DNA of 63,388 nt, filler included, from Octopus bimaculoides (Eukaryota): the NCBI RefSeq assembly GCF_001194135.2. It is 4 parts of 4 records of this genome, joined end to end, with 100 filler letters (N's around TTAATTAATTAA, not from the genome) between each part and the next. Parts side by side here need not be neighbours in the genome. Positions count along the whole stretch, not along the records: positions 18,175 to 26,383 come from NC_068985.1; positions 26,484 to 32,180 come from NC_068981.1; positions 32,281 to 63,388 come from NC_068995.1; 1 more part is not named here. One strand, given 5' to 3'. This document shows, in pieces, positions 24,060-36,620 of the stretch. The notes beneath the pieces are model-generated. The model had not been told where the DNA came from, did not search any database, and worked only from the letters and a program-made list of their open reading frames with translations. A program made the position numbers and the translations under genes. Each line of letters begins with the position of its first letter. The first letter of the stretch is position 1.

Positions 24060-26078
24060 CAGTTACTGCTGCACTGAATGCTGTCAAGTTGTTGCTTTCG
24101 CAGCGCTCTTGAATTGGAGAACTTTGAAGGTGCAACTATAAGGTAAGACATTTGTTTTTTTGGGATTCAGTGGGGGTTTGTTATTTGTGTTTATTTTTTT
24201 CAAACAAGAAATCTCTACTGGATTCCAGGCATTTGTCTTCCTGCAGTTGTGCTTAGTGTCTCACTTAGTGGTGAGAAGTGTGTTGTTTTGGGGGCATATT
24301 CCGCCTCCAAAAATTGTGGAATTTTTTTTTTCACCAATTTTTTTGTGAAGCTGTGTTCCGGTTGCTGTGTTCCTGTTGCTATTTGGAGTACCAGTAGGCC
24401 AAGGAGTACTAGTTGGCCGGAAAATTGTGGTCACTGTGTTCTTGAACTCTTTTCTTTCCTTCTTCCTTCTTTTTTGTGACTTTCTTTTGAACTTATTTTC
24501 TTCCAAAGAACATAGCGAAGAAACAAGACACTGTGTTGGAGTGGGAGATTGTCACACCCAAAGTGTGGGTGAAAAATTTGGAAGAGAGGACGGTGGTGTT
24601 GAGTACATACTCAAAGTCGCTCGACACCATCACCGTCTTCAAGAAAATTGTGATTGAGAAAGTGTTGGCAGAGTATCTGCCAACCATAAAATTTATTTCC
24701 AGGGGTGCCAAATATGCAATGGTGTGGTTACTGTTTGACACCCTGTTTCTTCCCATATATTGTGGGAAGAGGTTGACAAGAGTGTGGGTCTGCAGGTTGC
24801 CACCTTGGATGGGACCCAAGTGGATAGAAGATATTATCTGCCAGGGTCTGGGTGGCAGCAGCTCCAAGCTGCTAAATTTGAAGTTGTTGCCAGCAGCTGA
24901 TTTGGTTGGATCAAAAGCTGTATTGACCCTGTAGACCCAATCAGCCGCAAGAAATCTGGTCTTCCCAGATTTTTTGACCATGGCTGGTAACAGATATTTG
25001 GTGATACTTGAGGGACACCCCCGCCCCACCAAGTGTCACCTGTGCCTGGAACCAGGTCATATAAAAAAGAACTGTCCCCAAGATCAGAGTAGGGTCCTGG
25101 AGCAGTTAATGGAAGAAACGCCCTCCCCTCCTCATTCAGAGGGAGAGATGAAGATGGCTGAGGAGGTGAAAGCCTCATCGAAAAAGGGCCAAAAAAGGAA
25201 GATGGTGGTTAACAATGGTTGCACACCGAGGGGTCCTAAGGCTGCGGAAGGGAAGGAAAATGTTCTGGACAAAATGGAAGAAGTCCACCCTCCCGTAGTA
25301 AAGGAGAAAAAAAAAGAAAAAGAAAAATGGGGCATTGCTGGCAGTTGCTAGTACACTACCAGCATGTCCCGAAACCCTGTCGGTGGGGATTGTGACATCG
25401 ATGGTGGAAACTGTGGCCTTGACCCATGTGGAGGAGGAATTTTTTTGTCTTATTCCACAAAGGAGGGGTAGTTGAAGATTTCATTAAAAAGTTTGCCAAA
25501 GAAGGTCAGAGAGGAGGTGTTCTAACCTGCACTAAGAACCCTGATTGGCCTCTGCAGATAGCTGCAGAGGTCATGTAGGATACCGGTTTGCATAAGGTGA
25601 TAGAATCCTTCCCCAAAGACAAATTCCACTTCCTGCTGAAGCACCCCGACCTAGCACCATCGAGGTGCTTGAGTGAGGCATTGAGCCTAGTCGGGTGCCG
25701 GTGGGGCGGAAAATAATTAAGAGGCCCATTATGAAAAATGTTAGAGGCTCAGTGCCTCATTTGTAAGGATCTTGGGTCCAATTGAATTAAAGTAAGAGGT
25801 TTATAACCTCAATTTGTTATGATGAAAAATGTAAGAGGCTCAATGCCTCATTTGTAAGGACCTTGGGTCCAATTGAATTAAAGTAAGAAGTTTATAACCT
25901 CAATTTGTTAGAAAGGAATAGAGAAACAATGTTTTCAGGAAGCAACGATTGGCGGGCACCATGTGCCTTCCCTCATCAATTTCATTTTTTGCTTTGTCAT
26001 TCATTCATCTTGTGTTTTGTCCAGCCCTCAGCTACTACCTCTATGTATGGCTTTTATAGCCAATTAAATGAAATAAAG
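24060..26078 (+). mobile_element. ORF1-only (gag-like, CCHC knuckle) non-LTR retroelement remnant
   Basis: ORFs 24533..24934 and 24974..25351 share a frame, split by one TAG. They contain CHLCLEPGHIKKNC (CX2CX4HX4C). Protein-like sequence continues with frameshifts to about 25716 (VVEDFIKKFAKEG...FHFLLKHPDL). No endonuclease or RT follows. AATAAA lies at about 26072. Element boundaries are approximate. Confidence 0.65.
25729..25909. repeat. Two-copy 91-bp tandem duplication
   Basis: ATGAAAAATG...GCCTCATTTGTAAGGA...GGGTCCAATTGAATTAAAGTAAGA...ATAACCTCAATTTGTT at 25731 and 25822. Confidence 0.93.
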
Positions 26079-26215
26079 TAGCTTGCTTACCAACCATATG
26101 GTTCTGGGTTCAGTCCCACTGCGTGGAACCTTGGACAAGTGTCTTCTACTATAGCCTCAGGCTGACCAAAGCCTTGTGAGTGGATTTGGTAGATGGAAAC
26201 TGAAAAAACCCCGTC
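26079..26215 (+). mobile_element. S2 SINE
   Basis: TAGCTTGCTTACCAACC...GGGTTCAGTCCCACTGCGTGG...CCTTGGACAAGTGTCTTCTACTATAGCC. Confidence 0.85.
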
Positions 26216-26240
26216 ATGTATATATATATATATATATATA

Positions 26241-26285
<45 letters not shown>

Positions 26286-26289
26286 TTCA

Positions 26290-26383
26290 TCATCATCATC
26301 ATCATCATCATCATCGTTTAACGTCCGCTTTCCATGCTAGCATGGGTTGGACGATTTGACTGAGGACTGGTGAAACCGGATGG
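26290..26383 (-). mobile_element. RTE 3' tail with (GAT)n, cut by scaffold end
   Basis: (CAT)nCGTTTAACGTCCGCTTTCCATGCTAGCATGGGTTGG is the reverse complement of the tail at 20320-20376. Confidence 0.85.
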
Positions 26384-26483
26384 NNNNNNNNNNNNNNNNN
26401 NNNNNNNNNNNNNNNNNNNNNNNNNNNTTAATTAATTAANNNNNNNNNNNNNNNNNNNNNNNNNNNNNNNNNNNNNNNNNNNN
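26384..26483. other. Artificial scaffold linker: 44 N + TTAATTAATTAA + 44 N
   Basis: Same 100-bp structure as 18075. Confidence 0.95.
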
Positions 26484-26543
<60 letters not shown>

Positions 26544-27322
26544 GTTGATCAGATTCTAATGTAGGAGGTCTTCTCTCCTCTCTCCTCTCTATCTGTCTTT
26601 CTTCTCGCTCTCTGTCTCTCTTTCTTCTCCGCCTTACTCTCTCTCTTCCTTATTCACTCCCTACCTTTTCTTACTCTAACTTCATCTCTGTCTGTCTCAG
26701 TCTCTGTCTTTGTCTGTCTGCCTGTCTGCCTGTCTGTCAGTCTGTCTGTCTCTCTCCCTCTCTCTCTCCCTCTCTCTCTCCCTCTCTCTCTTTCTTCTCC
26801 CTCTCTCTCTCCCTCTCTCTCTAAGTGATATCATTAACCATTCCCTTACCTCCAAAGGTCACAACTAATCAAAGTGTTAATGCGATGATTTCAAAATCCT
26901 GCCGAACTCTTTAGGTTAATTGCAAATGTTATCTCAATCCTAACAAAGTGTCCAGAAACTACATTAGTGAGGCCACGTCGACGTTCCTGATATTTCTGAT
27001 TTCTCAATTGGACATCTTTGGCTATTTCTCTAATAATCTGTCAGTTAAAATCACACTTTTAATAATTCCGAGTTGGTTTCGGCAATTTGAACACCTCCAG
27101 GTTGATTCTTATCTTCTGTTACTTGCACAAAATTTGATCAAATTATAATAAATTATCATTCAAGTGTTAGGTCCACGTCAACTCCTGTTACCCTTGGCAA
27201 CTCTATTCCGTCTTCTAAGGGTATCCACCCGATTTTCTCAGCTGTTTTCAAAGATATTCTGCGTTCGAGTATCTACTTTATTTTCTGTAAATATCAATTC
27301 AATTGGCACTTCCAAGTTTGCT

Positions 27323-27383
<61 letters not shown>

Positions 27384-27384
27384 G

Positions 27385-27428
<44 letters not shown>

Positions 27429-27499
27429 AATCAATCAATCAATCAATCAATAATTGAATAAGTTGAAGTCAACTCGAAAGAGTACAGAGGCACATTTAT

Positions 27500-27626
27500 T
27501 TGTAAGCGCTGGAATTACAGGCACAGGAGTGGCTGTGTGGTAAGAAGCTTGCGGAGACGTAAACACACCAACATCGGTTGTCAAGCGATGGTGGTGGTGG
27601 GGGACAAACACAGATACAAATAACAA

Positions 27627-27659
<33 letters not shown>

Positions 27660-27672
27660 GATATAGATACAC

Positions 27673-27718
<46 letters not shown>

Positions 27719-27895
27719 NNNNNNNNNNNNNNNNNNNNNNNNNNNNNNNNNNNNNNNNNNNNNNNNNNNNNNNNNNNNNNNNNNNNNNNNNNNNNNNNNN
27801 NNNNNNNNNNNNNNNNNNNNNNNNNNNNNNNNNNNNNNNNNNNNNNNNNNTATATACATACATACATACATACATATATATAGATATAGATACAC

Positions 27896-27955
<60 letters not shown>

Positions 27956-28320
27956 ACATACGACAAGATTCTTTCAGTTTCCGTCTACCAAATCCACTTA
28001 TAAGGCTTTGGTCGGCCCGAGGCTATAGCAGAAGACAATTGCCCATGCTACTACGCAGTGGGACTGAACCCGGAACCATACACACACACACACACATATA
28101 TATATATATTCTTTTATTCTTTTCTTTTACTTGTTTCATTCATTTGACTGCGCCCGCGCTGGAGCACCGTCTTTAGTCGAGCAGATCGACTCCAAGACTT
28201 ATTCTTTGTAAGCCTAGTACTTATTATATCGGTCTCTTTTGCCGAACCGCTAAGATACGGGGATGTAAACACACCAGCATCGGTTATCAAGGGATGTTGG
28301 GGGCACAAACACAGGCACAC
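27500..28320 (-). mobile_element. Cluster of S2/S3 SINE pieces with microsatellites
   Basis: Reverse complements of the S2 body (27960-28080) and the S3 tail (27545-27610, 28110-28320). Confidence 0.75.
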
Positions 28321-28329
28321 AAACATGTC

Positions 28330-28538
28330 CGGCATTCGCCATGATAGATCACTAGTCACTATACGTTTTTCTATTTTCTCTCCCTGTTTATTTCTGTGTT
28401 CCTTTCTGTCGAAGAGCGTAGACTCGAAACGTAAAAGGCTTTCTCACTTCCCAAGCGTTAAACTAATACATCTGTTTGTTGTTTACACACCCGTCTTTGT
28501 CTTTTGTTTTTTCTTTGCGAATTCTCACTATATATATA
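28330..28538 (+). mobile_element. Penelope-like pseudo-LTR remnant
   Basis: Pyrimidine-rich stretch carrying a minimal hammerhead-like motif and running into (TA)n. The assignment rests on the hammerhead plus GAAACG context typical of Penelope-like elements. Confidence 0.55.
28401..28438 (+). ncRNA. Minimal type I hammerhead-like motif with variant core (CUGUCGA)
   Basis: CCTTT-CTGTCGA-A-GAG-cgtaga-CTC-GAAA-CG-TA^AAAGG. Stem I is 5 bp perfect, stem II is 3 bp, stem III is the palindrome ACGT, and the cleavage triplet is GUA. Confidence 0.6.
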
Positions 28539-28913
28539 NNNNNNNNNNNNNNNNNNNNNNNNNNNNNNNNNNNNNNNNNNNNNNNNNNNNNNNNNNNNNN
28601 NNNNNNNNNNNNNNNNNNNNNNNNNNNNNNNNNNNNNNNNNNNNNNNNNNNNNNNNNNNNNNNNNNNNNNNNNNNNNNNNNNNNNNNNNNNNNNNNNNNN
28701 NNNNNNNNNNNNNNNNNNNNNNNNNNNNNNNNNNNNNNNNNNNNNNNNNNNNNNNNNNNNNNNNNNNNNNNNNNNNNNNNNNNNNNNNNNNNNNNNNNNN
28801 NNNNNNNNNNNNNNNNNNNNNNNNNNNNNNNNNNNNNNNNNNNNNNNNNNNNNNNNNNNNNNNNNNNNNNNNNNNNNNNNNNNNNNNNNNNNNNNNNNNN
28901 NNNNNNNNNNNNN

Positions 28914-29235
28914 TTTAGTTGCATTTTGTTTTTGTCTGCCCATTGACTCATCGCATATAGATCAGACTGGAGTTGAGTTCGGTCTTTTTCTTCATTGATA
29001 ATTTTCTGGAGCTTAGAGTCATCAGTGAATATTTTCACTTTGCTATGTTTTATGACGCTGGAAAGGTCGTTTATATAGATTATAAAGAGAAGCGGGCCCA
29101 AGACAGTCCCCTGAGGGACACCATTGGTGACTTTCGCTGGGCTTGATCACAACATGTGTTCTTTTCTCCAGGAAATACTCAATCCAGTGTAGAAGTTTTC
29201 CACGGATTCCAACCATTGACAATTTTGACTGGACT
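28914..29235 (-). pseudogene. CR1/L2-group LINE reverse transcriptase fragment
   Basis: GIRGKLLHWIEYFLEKRT...[20 protein letters not shown]...KIFTDDSKL, an RT core with a degenerate YADD. Confidence 0.88.
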
Positions 29236-29299
29236 CCTCCGTCGAAAACGACGTATAAGCGTTTAGATTTTACCGAAAAACCTGCACAAATATCTTTAT

Positions 29300-30065
29300 A
29301 GGGTCCAGATGCACTTGCTGTACATTAGCTCACACCCTCCATGAAGTCGACGTTGTCAGAACATGTGGCACACAGGTGTGCCACATGTCAGGTGTCAAAG
29401 TTATTGCAGAGCAACATGAGACGAAGTGTGTTGCTCAAGAATACAACGCACCACCCTGTCTGGGAATTGAAACCGCGATCTCTCGATCGTCAGTGTGCAA
29501 CACTCAGATCGTATTGGTGTGTTTACATCTCCGTAACTTAGCGGGTCTCTATCTCATATTGAACGAAACTCATATTGAGTCATGCGAGAACCGAAAACGT
29601 TCCTAATTTAACAAGAGTCGGTTTTTCATAATATTTGGTTATTTCTATACTTTTAGAATTTAAATAACTGGTACTCCGTCGGTTGCGACGATAAGGGTCT
29701 CAGTTGATCCGATCGACGGAACAACCTCCTTGTGAAATTAATGTGCAAGTGGCTGAGTACTCCACAGACATGCGTATCCTCAATTTAGTTCTCATGGAGA
29801 TTCAGCATGACACAGAATGCGACAAGGCTGGCCCCCATTGAATTACAGGTACAACATAGCTTCTAGGGAAATTCAACATGGTACAGGATGTAACAAGATC
29901 GGTGCCTTTTCAAATACTGATGCAGCTCATTTTTGCCAGCTGAGCAGAGTGGAGCCATACGAAGTAAAGTACCTCGCTCAAGGACACGAAGCGCCGCCAG
30001 GAATCGAACTCATAACTTTATGATCGTGAACCCAAATACTTGACCACTAAACCACGCGACTTCTC
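29300..30065 (-). mobile_element. Cluster of tRNA-derived SINEs (S4 and a related family)
   Basis: Heads on the minus strand at about 29460-29500 and 29990-30060 (GGAATCGAACTC is a reverse B box). The body GTGAAATTAATGTGCAAGTGGCTGAGTACTCCACAGAC is shared with 33495-33830. Confidence 0.75.
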
Positions 30066-30771
30066 AGAATTTAACAAATAAAAAATAAATAAAACTAAAG
30101 AAAAAAGCCAAAAAGCACCAATTTAACCAATAAATAGTTTTCTTTTGTTCTAAAGAAAACAAAAATAGCGAAGAACAGATTTTGTTTTTAGTTTAGCTCT
30201 GAAGGATTTAGCAGATTAATACCAGGGGCTGTTGTCATTCAACTTAATCTCTGAGCATCCTTCTTATCTCCCTTTACTCCCTTCTCCCTTTCTCTTATTC
30301 AACACTTAATTGTTGTTCTTCACAGTTTTAGTCTTTTCATTGCTAGATTCACTGAGGCGATGCTTAGAATAGTTTTCAGCAGTGTGGAGTAAACTTCATA
30401 CAGACATACATACACACACACACACACACACACCCATCCATCCATCCATCCATCCATCCATCCATCCATCCATCCATCCATCCATATATACATACATCCA
30501 TACATACGCACACATATAAACACTAGTGGACCTGTACACACGCACACATTTATACACGCATGTATACACCTTACCACGCTCTTATTCACTCTTTCTACAT
30601 AAATATGTACGAATACATATTTATGTGTATATATAGATATATATATATGTATGTATGTATATACATACACATGTAAGTTTGTGTGTGTATGTATGTATAT
30701 GTTTACATTTACAAAGAGCATCCTGTCTGATATTCTTTTGTTACTGCGCATTTATGAATACATATGTATGC

Positions 30772-30804
<33 letters not shown>

Positions 30805-32180
30805 NNNNNNNNNNNNNNNNNNNNNNNNNNNNNNNNNNNNNNNNNNNNNNNNNNNNNNNNNNNNNNNNNNNNNNNNNNNNNNNNNNNNNNNNNNNNNNNN
30901 NNNNNNNNNNNNNNNNNNNNNNNNNNNNNNNNNNNNNNNNNNNNNNNNNNNNNNNNNNNNNNNNNNNNNNNNNNNNNNNNNNNNNNNNNNNNNNNNNNNN
31001 NNNNNNNNNNNNNNNNNNNNNNNNNNNNNNNNNNNNNNNNNNNNNNNNNNNNNNNNNNNNNNNNNNNNNNNNNNNNNNNNNNNNNNNNNNNNNNNNNNNN
31101 NNNNNNNNNNNNNNNNNNNNNNNNNNNNNNNNNNNNNNNNNNNNNNNNNNNNNNNNNNNNNNNNNNNNNNNNNNNNNNNNNNNNNNNNNNNNNNNNNNNN
31201 NNNNNNNNNNNNNNNNNNNNNNNNNNNNNNNNNNNNNNNNNNNNNNNNNNNNNNNNNNNNNNNNNNNNNNNNNNNNNNNNNNNNNNNNNNNNNNNNNNNN
31301 NNNNNNNNNNNNNNNNNNNNNNNNNNNNNNNNNNNNNNNNNNNNNNNNNNNNNNNNNNNNNNNNNNNNNNNNNNNNNNNNNNNNNNNNNNNNNNNNNNNN
31401 NNNNNNNNNNNNNNNNNNNNNNNNNNNNNNNNNNNNNNNNNNNNNNNNNNNNNNNNNNNNNNNNNNNNNNNNNNNNNNNNNNNNNNNNNNNNNNNNNNNN
31501 NNTATATATATATATATATATATTTATAAAATATTTTTTCTTCTTTTCGTCTCTCCTTCTTTCTCTCTTAATTTCTTTCTCTCTACTTTTTCGTAGATCT
31601 TTCTACTTATATTTTTTATTCATCGATTTTATCTGTTTTCTGAGACAGTACATACATGTGCACATACATACACACACATGCACACACACATATTTACATA
31701 CCTACCTACATACATGCAGTTATATAGGTAAATACTCATGTATTTTTATACGTGTGTATTTACACATGTATGTACATGTATATCTGTATGTACATGTATA
31801 TCTGTGTGTGTGTGTGTGTTTATGTGCATGCAGATACATAGAAGTGAAGATAGTTACACAAATAGTCCGTTAATGACAATATATCGTGAAACAAAATATC
31901 ATATCCAGAAACACTGAACAATCATCGGACGATAAAAATCCAACTTTTTCCTCTAACATCACTGAAATATATGGATTGTTATTTTTCATGGAACGGACTT
32001 TCTAGAATTGTTTTATGGGTGTATAATGGCGACAAGTTTTACTCATTACGTCGTTGGTGAATTATTTCGCTTTAGTTAAAAACAAGGAGGGTGGGGTGTG
32101 TGTGATTAATCTGTTGCTGCGTTGTTGTAAGAATAGAAAGTTATGAGTGGAAATCAGGAAAGTATCAACGAGTGCGATAT

Positions 32181-32280
32181 NNNNNNNNNNNNNNNNNNNN
32201 NNNNNNNNNNNNNNNNNNNNNNNNTTAATTAATTAANNNNNNNNNNNNNNNNNNNNNNNNNNNNNNNNNNNNNNNNNNNN
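32181..32280. other. Artificial scaffold linker: 44 N + TTAATTAATTAA + 44 N
   Basis: Same 100-bp structure as 18075. Confidence 0.95.
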
Positions 32281-32315
<35 letters not shown>

Positions 32316-32342
32316 GTATTATGATGATGATGATGAAGATGA

Positions 32343-32391
<49 letters not shown>

Positions 32392-32404
32392 GAATAATAA
32401 TAAT

Positions 32405-33420
32405 AGAATCAGATAAGAATACTTCAGAATAGAGGCTTACTTAATGGCGCCCAGATAGAGACGGTCAGGAAACGCCACTGTAGCGGTGATAATGTCGAGG
32501 AGAATAACGTAGTTGAAGATCAGCGAATGCGTAGCCAAGATAAAGTTGTAGTAGGAGAGGCCGACCAATCAATATAATGCAGGGAACCCTGAATTACGTG
32601 AGGATATGACTGAGGAACAGAGAAACCTCAGGATAAGACTCGAGGATATAATAATTACCAAAAACAGAGAGCAAGCCGGTGAATTTAAGAAGTTTCGACC
32701 GTAACACTGTGAAACGCGACCCAAAATGCTGCCGAGGTTCTGAAATACATTCTGAGAAAAGATCTAACGGAAGCAAAGACTTGATCAAACCCGCTTCAAT
32801 TTTAGTAGGCTAACTAGCTGGAAAGAAAGACAAGAAAGGATACGGACAAAAGGAGCCATGGTGGAAACGGAGAAATGAAGGTGATAGTCTAACTTTGCAT
32901 AAAGAGCTGAGCCGCCTAGAAGAGTGGCCCAAAGGGTAATGGAAAAATGATAAAAAGTTCAAGGGCATATCTTGACACCATGTACAAAATGGAAACAGAA
33001 GGGTGAAAAGTGTCATCGAAACCCTAAAACAACGTGTGCGGGCAAAAACACTAAAAGTGCAGCGCTAAATTGATTCCATATCGCAGTTCCAGAAAACCAG
33101 AGGCAGATTTTGAAGGGCTTAGGAGGAAATACAGAAGATAATATACCTTCTGAAGCAGAAGAAATCTGCCAAACTTGGAATGACATCTGGTGTAAGAAGT
33201 TTCCCTCAACCACGAATTGAGTGGATTTATTCCGTGATATCCGAACTCCATCACCCGGAGGCTACACGACAGGACCTTGTGCGCATAACAATGGAAGATG
33301 TCATTGCAAACTGGAATGCAGCAGGGCCAGACAGAATTAAAGACCACAGGTTTAAGTGGTTCAGATTAACACACAAGAGCATTGGATTGCAATTAGATGT
33401 ATATCACATAGAGTATTAAT
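32405..33420 (+). pseudogene. R4/Dong-clade non-LTR retrotransposon fragment (region upstream of the RT core)
   Basis: Frameshifted GQKEPWWKRRNEGDSLTLHKELSRLEEW and WNAAGPDRIKDHRFKWFRLTHKSIGLQL resemble the R4-type WKAPGPD..NFW.K motif. It starts right after a (TAA)n tract. Confidence 0.72.
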
Positions 33421-33494
33421 GCTGACCTGGTTTTCTTTGTTCTTTTTCTTTGTACGTTAACATGCTACAAATTCTATCCTATCTGGTGTTATTA

Positions 33495-33830
33495 ATTGTT
33501 GGCACTCCGTCGCTTACGACAACGAGGGTTCCGGTTGATCCGATCAACGGAATAGCCTGCTCGTGAAATTAACGTGCAAGTGGCTGAGCACTCCACAAAC
33601 ACGTGTACCCTTAACGTAGTTCTCGGGGATATCCAGCGTGGCACAGTGTGACAAGGCTGACCCTTTGAATTACAGGCACAACAGAAACAGGAAGTAAGAG
33701 TGAGAGAAAGTTGTGGTGAAAGAGTACAGCAAGGATCGCCACCATCCCCTGCCGGAGCCTCGTGGGGCTTTTAGGTGATTTTCGCTCAATAAACACTCAC
33801 AACGCCTGGTCTGGGAATCGCCATTGCGCC
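33495..33830 (-). mobile_element. tRNA-derived SINE, head truncated
   Basis: Near match to the 29670-29860 body. Confidence 0.78.
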
Positions 33831-35795
33831 TCCACTGGTGTTATTAATACTGTCTTACAAAAGACATAGGAGTTGAATTTAGAACTCACGTGTTGCGAGC
33901 ATACATTTTGATTCGTCTACCCGCTCTGCTATGATTTTGGGAAAAGTATTCCTCGAATATGAAGCAAATATACTTTTCAAATTTGAATTATAAGAATAAA
34001 GCTACACAGAGTGTGTGTGTGTGTGGGGGGTGTATGGGTGTGTGAGTGTGTGTATGGGTGTGTGTGTGTGTGTGTGTGATTATTGAAACGATGCTGTAGA
34101 CTTGTTTTCCATTATAATACGAAACAAAATTGGCTCAGATGATACTGTAACGAAATACACAAGTTTATCTGAAAGCCAGTTTGAAGTCAATAAAATTTCA
34201 ACAATATATAAACTGTTATATTCTGCTAAATATTGCTCCCGTGTTCTACTTTTCCATGATACATAATTTGGTGCTACATGACGTTTATTCTATTTCAAGA
34301 GGAAAATGATTTGCCGTTAATTTCTATGTTCACTTTGTTATTAGATCCAACAAAGTAGAAAGCAGATGTAAAAATAACTGTTTTTGCTTTGTTAAATTTT
34401 AATGGACAAATCAGTAAATATTTTGAATCTTCGTGTGGCATATCACTCGGTACAAAGCAAAATTGCCTGTTACGTTTTGCTTTTTAGTACATCACAACTT
34501 CCACATAGTGCACGCTAAGCCGTCAAGATTAATTTTGTGTCTGGCACACAAAAAATACAATGGAAATCAAATTATACAATTCTACGTATCTTCTAAAATT
34601 GGTCAAGTGCCGCGTAAAATAAGTAATACAGAAAATCAACAATGCACATGTAAAAAATAAAAAAAAAATTCGTTTTCAATTTGTCACCATTCTATTCCCT
34701 ATTTGTTCTTCGCTTTTTGATTTTACTTATGTGAGTCTTTTGAAGGTTGATATTAAATGCATTATTTTTTTCGTAGCTCACAAAAACGGAACCAAGCAAA
34801 AAAACAGCTTGACAAAAATATAAGGAAAAATACAACAAAATATTCAAGACAAATTACAGTTTTTTAAGAACTAAAATACATATTCTAGATATCAATAAAT
34901 TGGAGACAAAACAACAATGCAGTGACACCACCATCATCATTGATATCCTCAACAGCATTAATAAAAAACCCCAGAAAAATATCAGAATATCTACAAAACA
35001 AATTCTATTCTCATGCATAAACAATATAGCATGAAATTAAAGAACGGTTTGCAATTCGGTACGATCAATTCCTATTCTATTTCTTGATGATTGATGTTAC
35101 ATATGATTCTATGCAAGACTCATGCCACCACACATAATATTATTTGATTGTTGTGCTGCTTACTTACATGTCCTCCGATAATTCAGCCAAGCGCAATCGT
35201 TCTTGCATTCAATCATTGCGCTATTACCATGTTGACATATCGACGCATGAAAAAAGAAAATACAACTCATTATTTTTTCCATTATTTAACTCTTCCTGAT
35301 TCAGTAAACATAATCTCCGTACACACATTCTTCATCAACATAAATATATACATGCTTGATGACACGACAAACAGCATGCTTGTACAATTATATACATGCA
35401 AATATATTTATTCATGCAATGTATTTAAATATATATGGACAAATTGACAAATATACTTAAACACACATAGCGCACCCGAGACATATGTGAATATACTCAG
35501 GCACGCTCAGACGCAAACACACAGTCAACCAAATAATACATAATAAAGAGATAGACACATTTAAACATATATGTGTAATAGATATATAACGGCATGTGTG
35601 TATAAATGTGTGTGTGTTTGTATGTGTATGTGTTTATACACATACATATATATATATACATACATATATATCTATATGTACATGTCTATGTATTTACATA
35701 GATACATATGCATTATGTATGTGTGAATATGCGCGTGTGTGTCTGTTTGTATGTGTGTGCGTATGTGTGTGTGTTTGTGTGTGTGTGTGTGTATT

Positions 35796-35827
<32 letters not shown>

Positions 35828-36197
35828 TGTTGCTCATTTTCATTTGTGCACCCAGCGGTTAAATATATATTGTCATATTTCCCTGTGTAAAATTTATACT
35901 TTTCAAAGGTCTCATACATTAGAAAGAAAAATGGTTAATGAAACACATTTGTTTTGCTCATATTCTCAGTGTACTCAATATATATAGCACGCATGTCCTC
36001 TTCTTTCCCAGATATAAGCAACGCGTACATTGAAAATTGCCCCAAATTTTAATGTGATTAAACATAAATATAGAAATATTTTCTTAACCGTAATAACCTG
36101 AAATCATGACACCCCCACACACACGCACACACACAAGCACACACACAAACATACACATACACACATATACACATACCTGGTTTCGTGGTATTTGTGC

Positions 36198-36406
36198 TTC
36201 CTCAGTACTGGTCACCTGTCCGCTAGAGGTGGAAACAAACGTTACTTTTCAGTACAGTTACTACTTGCATCTCTTATAGAGATTTTATAACTAGCTACTT
36301 TGCTTGTATACAAGATCAGCTGCTGGATGTTGTTAATTTTTCTATATATTATGAGCTAGGTCGAACGACTGCCATCTCTAGCAGATAGGAGTCCAGTACT
36401 GAGGAA
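36198..36406. mobile_element. Small MITE/foldback, about 209 bp, with about 35-bp imperfect TIRs
   Basis: TTCCTCAGTACTGGTCACCTGTCCGCTAGAGGTGG (36198-36232) versus CCATCTCTAGCAGATAGGAGTCCAGTACTGAGGAA (36372-36406). No clear TSD. Confidence 0.68.
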
Positions 36407-36620
36407 AATCGAATATTCTGAAACCAGGCTGCTGAATTGATATTGTCAAATCGCTAGATGGAAAGGGTCCGCTTCTCTGCTTGGAATATATCAATTATTT
36501 AAGTTTTAAAGCCTTAACCGGGTTCACAGAATTCAGACTTCAATACTAAGTGTTTAAAAATTCAAAAATAGAAAACTAAAACGAATTCCAGTGCATTTTC
36601 AACTTCCCTTATATATATTG

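Noticed and set aside
27640-27960. Same compound microsatellite (TAGATATAGATACACACACACGCGCGCGC) on both sides of the 27719-27850 gap
   Set aside because: Typical overlapping contig ends across a gap. Likely an assembly duplication.
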